Assembly: GCF_016433145.1 (NCBI RefSeq)
Contig: NC_058131.1
Span: forward strand, 551,797,608-551,861,607
DNA from: Gracilinanus agilis
Taxonomy: Eukaryota
Length of the DNA stretch: 64,000 bases
Reading direction: 5' to 3'
Numbering within the stretch: position 1 is the first letter of the stretch; each line of letters starts with the position of its first letter. Made by a program: the position numbers and the translations under genes. Under the pieces are notes generated by a model. That model did not search any database. It was not told where the DNA came from and saw nothing but the letters and a program-made list of their open reading frames with translations. Below, one piece after another: positions 59,601 through 64,000 of this stretch.

Positions 59601-60971
59601 TGTGAGAGAGAGAAAGAGTGAGACTATGTCACTGTGTGTGGGTGTGTGTGTGTCTGTGCACTTCTGAGGGTGTGAAGCTTTTTCCAACCCGTGTTAAACA
59701 GTATTCATGGCATACAACAATGAGTCAATGTTACTCTGTGTGTATGAGGGGGTAGTGTGTCCCTAGGACTGGTTTGGTATGAGGATACAGCCACTGCTTC
59801 ACATTTGTGTTAGCACCAGTGCATGTTAACTGAAGGTGTCAGTGTGACTGCTTGACAGTGGGTGGTGGGTATGAGTATGTGCTAGGGAAATATTATGGAG
59901 AGATACAAAAAAAGGAAATCAGTTTGGGTTACTCCATAGAGAAAGCTACAGAGTAAGGCAGTGCCCGTGTGAGTGCACATTCAAGTCCCATGCCTTTCAG
60001 CTCTGTGTGCGTGTGTAGGTGGGAGAGCGTGTGTATGTGTACGGTGGGTCTCTATGTCTTCCGGTTTGGGTTAGCCTTCAGTGTTTTGCCAGAGGTATAC
60101 ATGACCCTGGTTGGATCTCCCAGTACTTGTCCTATCCTTGGGCCGGTGATCCAGAGGGTTGAGGGATGGGACGGAAGAGTGCTCTTCACTTTGGGGGCAA
60201 TCTGGGAAATCATACTCACAAGGAAGGGCTTCATGTGGGGGAAGGGCAGTGGACAGGAAATTGGTGGTGGGCACTGTGGTCGCTGAGGAAGTAGAATTTA
60301 ATTCTAGAACCGTGTCTCTTTTCTGCTTTCTCGTCTACGACCCTCTCCGCCCCGGCATTGCCCCCTCCCACACCGATCCCAGGGGCTCTACTGGAGCCCG
60401 GGTGGGGCAGAGCGAAGGATGTAGAGGTAGACGCAGCGGTCAGCACCAGGGGCAGCTCCCTCTATCTGCCCGGGCGGACCCGGCCCGGGGCGGCTGAGAA
60501 GGGGGAATTTTAAAGCTAGAAAACCCCAGGGATGGACCGAGGGACTGGTCAACGACCAGAGCTCTGGATGGGCCCAATAGGGGAACGCAAGGAGCTGCAC
60601 CTGTCACGGAGGGGAGGGGCGGGGCTGGGCGGCCCGGGGATAAGGAGGTACAGACTGGGGTGAAACACCGGTCGGTCGGTCGGGGAGGAGGGAAGATGGG
60701 AGGCAGGGAGGAGAGGATGCACTGGAAACAGCGATGCACTGGGGTTGCAATGCATGGAGGAGCGGAATGCATGGAGCAGCGGGTTGCACCAGAACTGGGA
60801 TGCATGGAAGAGAGGGATGCACGCGGGATGGGATGTACCCGGGGCAGGGATGTACTGGGGAGAGAAATGCACCGGGACGGGGATGCTCCAGGACGGGGCT
60901 TTTCCTGAGCCCGCAGCGCCCGCCCTCGTACCTTGCAGCTCGCGGGTGAGCTCCGCGCTGGGCTTGGCCAT
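34162..60971 (-). CDS. CARMIL3: Capping protein regulator and myosin 1 linker 3 (LRRC16B): PH-like, LRR, helical dimerisation, CPI/CSI and Pro-rich tail; 40 coding exons, 1375 aa (1370 with the upstream exon 39 donor)
   Basis: [13 protein letters not shown] start, LRR exons, CPI motif [21 protein letters not shown] motif [10 protein letters not shown], end TSELGTD*; all 40 exons GT-AG with continuous phase, total 4128 nt. Confidence 0.96.
34335..34460 (-). CDS. CARMIL3: CARMIL3 exon 39 (alternative donor would end it at 34350)
   Basis: [36 protein letters not shown](GSGGE). Confidence 0.85.
34727..34889 (-). CDS. CARMIL3: CARMIL3 exon 38
   Basis: [21 protein letters not shown]...DQEEPETQ. 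Confidence 0.88.
34984..35102 (-). CDS. CARMIL3: CARMIL3 exon 37
   Basis: [23 protein letters not shown]...IPARSTK. Confidence 0.9.
36890..37390 (-). mobile_element. Two SINE1-type SINEs separated by AT-rich low-complexity DNA
   Basis: Family pattern at about 36890-37048 and 37190-37390. Confidence 0.75.
38000..38250 (+). mobile_element. MAR1-type CORE SINE
   Basis: CORE plus gagaaggaaatagcaa...aaatggggtc tail. Confidence 0.8.
38765..38958 (-). mobile_element. SINE1-type SINE
   Basis: Family pattern with poly-T end. Confidence 0.8.
39059..39148 (-). CDS. CARMIL3: CARMIL3 exon 36
   Basis: [29 protein letters not shown]. Confidence 0.95.
   Translation of the reverse strand, partial: GPGPGSPLHLPRAPSRVSAPCVELKLRGT
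39244..39310 (-). CDS. CARMIL3: CARMIL3 exon 35
   Basis: [22 protein letters not shown]. Confidence 0.9.
39445..39573 (-). CDS. CARMIL3: CARMIL3 exon 34
   Basis: [10 protein letters not shown]...[23 protein letters not shown]. Confidence 0.92.
39680..39835. repeat. CT-rich low-complexity tract
   Basis: Direct reading. Confidence 0.85.
39980..40301 (-). CDS. CARMIL3: CARMIL3 exon 33 (basic membrane-binding and Pro-rich region)
   Basis: [11 protein letters not shown]...[17 protein letters not shown]...PSFRRKQ. Confidence 0.95.
41220..41395 (-). mobile_element. SINE1-type SINE
   Basis: Family pattern. Confidence 0.75.
41448..41484. repeat. (TG)n(TATG)n microsatellite
   Basis: Direct reading. 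Confidence 0.9.
41678..41778 (-). CDS. CARMIL3: CARMIL3 exon 32 (CSI motif)
   Basis: [33 protein letters not shown]. Confidence 0.93.
42409..42617 (-). CDS. CARMIL3: CARMIL3 exon 31 (CPI motif)
   Basis: [12 protein letters not shown]...[25 protein letters not shown]. Confidence 0.95.
42815..42878 (-). CDS. CARMIL3: CARMIL3 exon 30
   Basis: [21 protein letters not shown]. Confidence 0.95.
43185..43328 (-). CDS. CARMIL3: CARMIL3 exon 29
   Basis: [14 protein letters not shown]...[15 protein letters not shown]. Confidence 0.95.
43592..43679 (-). CDS. CARMIL3: CARMIL3 exon 28
   Basis: [29 protein letters not shown]. Confidence 0.95.
44054..44229 (-). CDS. CARMIL3: CARMIL3 exon 27
   Basis: [26 protein letters not shown]...DIQNKL. 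Confidence 0.95.
44385..45135. repeat. GA-rich polypurine tract with three ~65-bp internal units (44492-44695)
   Basis: Almost pure A/G on + strand; repeated gagggaaggaga..aaagagatgaatagagggagagacacagggaaaga. Confidence 0.95.
45615..45728 (-). CDS. CARMIL3: CARMIL3 exon 26
   Basis: [38 protein letters not shown]. Confidence 0.95.
46059..46187 (-). CDS. CARMIL3: CARMIL3 exon 25
   Basis: [23 protein letters not shown]...AKNSRA. Confidence 0.95.
46489..46587 (-). CDS. CARMIL3: CARMIL3 exon 24
   Basis: [33 protein letters not shown]. Confidence 0.95.
46708..46801 (-). CDS. CARMIL3: CARMIL3 exon 23
   Basis: [31 protein letters not shown]. Confidence 0.95.
46962..47030 (-). CDS. CARMIL3: CARMIL3 exon 22
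   Basis: [22 protein letters not shown]. Confidence 0.95.
47221..47595 (+). mobile_element. Head-to-tail pair of 5'-truncated SINE1-type SINEs
   Basis: Two ~190-bp units, each preceded by aaaaggttctgt(c/t)ata. Confidence 0.85.
47721..47893 (-). CDS. CARMIL3: CARMIL3 exon 21
   Basis: [26 protein letters not shown]...LQINSSL. Confidence 0.95.
47991..48045 (-). CDS. CARMIL3: CARMIL3 exon 20
   Basis: [18 protein letters not shown]. Confidence 0.95.
48435..48531 (-). CDS. CARMIL3: CARMIL3 exon 19
   Basis: [31 protein letters not shown]. Confidence 0.95.
48680..48761 (-). CDS. CARMIL3: CARMIL3 exon 18
   Basis: [27 protein letters not shown]. Confidence 0.95.
49551..49620 (-). CDS. CARMIL3: CARMIL3 exon 17
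   Basis: [23 protein letters not shown]. Confidence 0.95.
49704..49808 (-). CDS. CARMIL3: CARMIL3 exon 16
   Basis: [34 protein letters not shown]. Confidence 0.95.
50122..50198 (-). CDS. CARMIL3: CARMIL3 exon 15
   Basis: [25 protein letters not shown]. Confidence 0.95.
50851..50928 (-). CDS. CARMIL3: CARMIL3 exon 14
   Basis: [26 protein letters not shown]. Confidence 0.95.
51487..51596 (-). CDS. CARMIL3: CARMIL3 exon 13
   Basis: [36 protein letters not shown]. Confidence 0.95.
51893..51979 (-). CDS. CARMIL3: CARMIL3 exon 12
   Basis: [28 protein letters not shown]. Confidence 0.95.
52183..52277 (-). CDS. CARMIL3: CARMIL3 exon 11
   Basis: [31 protein letters not shown]. Confidence 0.95.
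52615..52845 (+). mobile_element. MAR1-type CORE SINE
   Basis: Full family pattern. Confidence 0.8.
53191..53279 (-). CDS. CARMIL3: CARMIL3 exon 10
   Basis: [29 protein letters not shown]. Confidence 0.95.
53366..53441 (-). CDS. CARMIL3: CARMIL3 exon 9
   Basis: [25 protein letters not shown]. Confidence 0.95.
53695..53768 (-). CDS. CARMIL3: CARMIL3 exon 8
   Basis: [24 protein letters not shown]. Confidence 0.95.
53917..53987 (-). CDS. CARMIL3: CARMIL3 exon 7
   Basis: [23 protein letters not shown]. Confidence 0.95.
54240..54465 (+). mobile_element. MAR1-type CORE SINE variant
   Basis: Head plus gaaaaccctatggac...catggggtca tail. Confidence 0.7.
54650..55180. mobile_element. RTE-family-derived repeat (RTE/RTESINE-like)
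   Basis: ttgaagaggaccaatga...ctcttccagagtcatcaaagtccagtg...ccaagctctaag...gagcagccctgaaaagg pattern of marsupial RTE repeats. Confidence 0.6.
55550..56400 (+). mobile_element. L2 fragment
   Basis: ctgcaaatctggcttctggcctcatcattcaacc...ccaaatccagtg...; L2 tail acagtgcttggcaca. Confidence 0.75.
56420..56592 (-). mobile_element. SINE1-type SINE
   Basis: Family pattern. Confidence 0.75.
56985..57220 (+). mobile_element. MAR1-type CORE SINE
   Basis: Family pattern. Confidence 0.75.
57516..57613 (-). CDS. CARMIL3: CARMIL3 exon 6
   Basis: [32 protein letters not shown]. Confidence 0.95.
57804..57919 (-). CDS. CARMIL3: CARMIL3 exon 5
   Basis: [20 protein letters not shown]...KVCPGP. Confidence 0.95.
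57990..58430 (+). mobile_element. L2 3' fragment
   Basis: ttttaaagcccttcacaacctggcc...ttagcacagtgcctt tail. Confidence 0.7.
58507..58566 (-). CDS. CARMIL3: CARMIL3 exon 4
   Basis: [20 protein letters not shown]. Confidence 0.93.
58677..58727 (-). CDS. CARMIL3: CARMIL3 exon 3
   Basis: [17 protein letters not shown]. Confidence 0.93.
59221..59315 (-). CDS. CARMIL3: CARMIL3 exon 2
   Basis: [31 protein letters not shown]. Confidence 0.95.
60439..60459 (+). promoter_or_regulatory. RE1/NRSE (REST-binding) element in CARMIL3 intron 1
   Basis: TCAGCACCAGGGGCAGCTCC vs consensus TCAGCACCACGGACAGCGCC, 17/20. Confidence 0.7.
60715..60890. repeat. Degenerate minisatellite (GATGCA/GATGTA core, about 15-20 bp period) in CARMIL3 intron 1
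   Basis: About ten spaced (g/a)atgca/gatgta cores. Confidence 0.7.
60932..60971 (-). CDS. CARMIL3: CARMIL3 exon 1 (coding part)
   Basis: gccgccATGG Kozak; [13 protein letters not shown]; donor GTACGA. Confidence 0.95.
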
Positions 60972-61045
60972 GGCGGCTGCTGCTGCTGCAGAGGAGCCGC
61001 CGCTGCCGCTGCCGCTGCCGCCGCCGCCGCCGCCGCCGCCGCTGC
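60972..61045 (-). repeat. Compound (GGC)n/(GGCAGC)n/(GCA)n repeat in CARMIL3 5' UTR
   Basis: Directly visible triplet runs immediately upstream of the start codon. Confidence 0.95.
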
Positions 61046-64000
61046 CCGGGAGCCGCGGCACATGCTAGACTCGGCTCCGGCAGGGCCCCGGCAGCTAGCG
61101 CTGCAGCAGCCGCTGAGCCTCGCTCACAGTCAGGGGCGGCTGCGCGAGCAGAACAGTCCTCCTCCCTCCTCCTCCCTCCTCCCCCGACGGTGCCGGGTCT
61201 CCCTCCCAGCCCCACGAGGAGCCGGACTGAGCATGCGCACAGAGTCTTTGCGAGCGAGCGGCCGGTCCAGGCGCGTGCCTAGCTTCCGCGGGGCTCTTTA
61301 ATACAATGCCCAGAGGCCGTGGTGCTTGGGGTCGGCTGCAGACCTCGGACCTTGCACCGCCTACCGTCTGCCGCTGGCCGCCAGTCCCAACCCACTTCTT
61401 CTGGGTTGCAAGCTCAACACTCTTTCTTTTGTTCTCTGGGCCTGGACGGTCTCTATTTCTTCCCAGGTCATTCTTCCTGTACCCCTCCCCCCAGACTGAC
61501 GCCACGGGTGGGCCACCCCTCTAACTCACCCTATGGTGACCCACGTGGGGCCTTAGGGCTGAGCCAAGCTCAGGTTTCGGTATGAACTTGTAAAGCTCAC
61601 AGCTCTCAACGCTGCGGAGTGGGGAGTGGATGTGTTGGAAGGGATTTCTTCTTCCCTTTTTCTCTTTTAGACTGATCCGACAGACACATCCCCACCAGTG
61701 TGTGCCTGCTAAGAGTAGCGCCCCGGGAAATTCCCGTGGCACCTTCGTCTTCCCTGGCTCTCGGCTTGGCACTATCACCGCTTTAGCATCTCACTTGCTG
61801 AGAGGGCCCCCTCCCCCCAGAAAGAAGGTGTAACTTACTGCCATAGGGAGGATCTCTGCTTGCCCGGGGGGGAGGGGACGAAAGCTATCCTTTCTTTTAT
61901 TCCCCAAATGACGAATCAACCAGCTAAAAAACCAACAAGATCATTTGCATGTTATTTGCAAGTTAATTTTATTTCTAATGACACAGAAACTGGAGATCTG
62001 CCCTGGGCCTTTCCCTTCTCGTCCCTACAGTGCTTCTGACTCCTTTCTCTTCCTTGGCCCGGTCCTGGTTTCAGACCTCACCCCTCTTCCCTCCAGCTGG
62101 GCTAAGTTTTGTAAAAAGTAGATTTGTCGATTAAGGCTAGAAAAATGAGTATTTCACATAAAAGCTTTTATACAGGACAGACATCCTTAAGGATGGCTTT
62201 TTCCCCCCATGCTTGGCAAATAGAGATCCCTAGTTGCCTCTCTACACACAGGCTAATTTTTATTTATTTTTTAATCCATGGAAGTCATTGGGTTGGTCAG
62301 AATAAGAGGAGGAGAGTCTTTGAACACAAATTCCAGGTGCAATCTTGAGTCCTCTCTTCATTCTAAATAGCTTCCTGCTTCTAAGGGGGTTCTCCAGGCT
62401 GATCAAAGCCGAGAAGGAGAACCTCCAGCCACTACTATTGTTTCTCCTGTGATGTAGTCGGCATCCGGTGAACACAGGAAGGACACGATGCCTGCACAGT
62501 CATGTGGCTCACCCAGCCTGGGGAACAATCATGAACATAATTATGATAAGAGTAATTACAATTCATATATTAGCACCTTATGTAATCCTCGGAGGGAATA
62601 GGAGAAATGGAGCATACAACCAAGGGGGCTTTGACTCAACTATTTCTGGTCAACTGTCCAAAGCAAATAGCATTTGTTTATGAACAGGTAGCAAATATGC
62701 TTCTAGATACCAGCCCACCTTGTTCCCTCCCCTAAACTATCTGAAAGGGTTCAGAAAATAAATGGCTTTAGGGAATACTATTCAACTATACTACTGAAGA
62801 CAATATGATATATGCAGATTTCCAATTTGGAAGATCTAGGTTCAGAACCAATGTGATACTTATTAGTTACAGGATATTGGCCATGCCATAATCTCTATAT
62901 GTTTTGAGCAACTCCCTAGGATTTATATACTAAATTATATGGACAGGATGACCATCTTCTTTGGTGCAGAGAGGCCTCATACCAGGAATATTCCTATATT
63001 GATGAAATCATATATTTTTCATGTGCCTATGTAATAATAATAATAATAATAGCAATAATAATTCTGTTAGAGTGGATTCTTCATCCTGGTGACCCTGAAT
63101 TTTTCTTTTCTTTTCTTTTTTTTTAACCCTTACTTTCTGTCCTAGTAAAAACTCTAAGACAGAAGGGCTAGGGCTAAGCAAATGGGGTTAAGTGAGTTGC
63201 CCAGGGCCATATAGCTAGGAAGTGCAGGAGTTTCTTAAAAGGAATACAAACTCCAGGAGGTCTTACCAAGCTGGAATAAGATTCAAGTACAGACTAGGTG
63301 ACAGACGGTGCATCTGTCCTCTGAGAATGAGCCTAGCTAAATTCAGGCTCCTCAGCAGATTGGCCTAAAAGTGATGAATATTTTGGTCACAGTGACGCTC
63401 AAAGACCACCTACTATGTCACAGAGAAATTGTAATAGGCAATACTGGAGGGTGAACTGACACTGATGAAATCATAAGCTATTGAAGAATTATAGGAGTAA
63501 TATGGTAAAATTATTTTGATTGTGTTCAGACCTGTTCTGTGAGTTTATTGATGTATACAAGTTGTAAGTGAGGAAATCCTCTCTCCCACTACAGACTAGC
63601 AAACACCCTGTAACTTAAAGTTTTTGAGAGTGGCTTAAGGATTCAAGAGGTCAAATTTCATGCTCAGAAGCATAAGTGAATATGGGGTAAAGGTGGGACT
63701 TAAACCCATGTTTTCTGACATTTTACTATTCTACTACACTGCCTTACTGCCAGAAAATGATGATGATGCTTTAAGAAAACTCAATATGAAAAAACTTAAA
63801 AGTTAAATGACCTATAAATTAGGAGAGTGGTGGTAATTATTTGTAATCCAAAAGCCTCCTTCTCTTCATTATAAGGTTATACTGAGTTTTCTTCAAGTAG
63901 TAGAATTCCCCTATATGCTCAAAATATGTTTTGATTTGATTCAATTTAGTTTATAAGCAACTTTTTTTTTTCTTCAGAAATTTACTTACGTGGCTCAATG

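Larger units (their letters stand above)
60350..61520. promoter_or_regulatory. CpG island / CARMIL3 promoter
   Basis: High GC and CpG density; TATTAAA on - strand 61303-61297; NRF1-like TGAGCATGCGCA 61228-61239. Confidence 0.85.

Overview
Vertebrate genomic DNA from a marsupial, most likely a didelphid opossum (Monodelphis-type SINE1 and MAR1 SINEs, marsupial L1 tails), with two assembly gaps. It holds three intact protein-coding genes in the order known from human 14q11.2. NRL is on the + strand (2 coding exons, predicted 256 aa). CPNE6/copine-6 is on the - strand (15 coding exons, 555 aa, plus non-coding first and last exons). CARMIL3/LRRC16B is on the - strand (40 coding exons, about 1375 aa). 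I traced every coding exon by hand with GT-AG boundaries and continuous phase. The left edge is a CpG-rich promoter-like region, probably of PCK2 by synteny. The rest is SINE, L1, L2, CR1, RTE and LTR debris, a 5S rRNA pseudogene and simple repeats. I see no new gene or multi-gene system. The most notable observations are: an out-of-frame upstream ORF encoding poly-Ala from a GGC repeat in the CARMIL3 5' UTR; an RE1/REST site in CARMIL3 intron 1; a RORE plus OTX2/CRX module upstream of NRL; apparent splice-site shifts and a repeat-derived C-terminal extension relative to human; an acceptor-containing intronic duplication in CPNE6; and several well-preserved retrotransposition signatures. Comparisons with human proteins are from memory, not from an alignment run. 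Repeat family names are by recognition and their boundaries are approximate.
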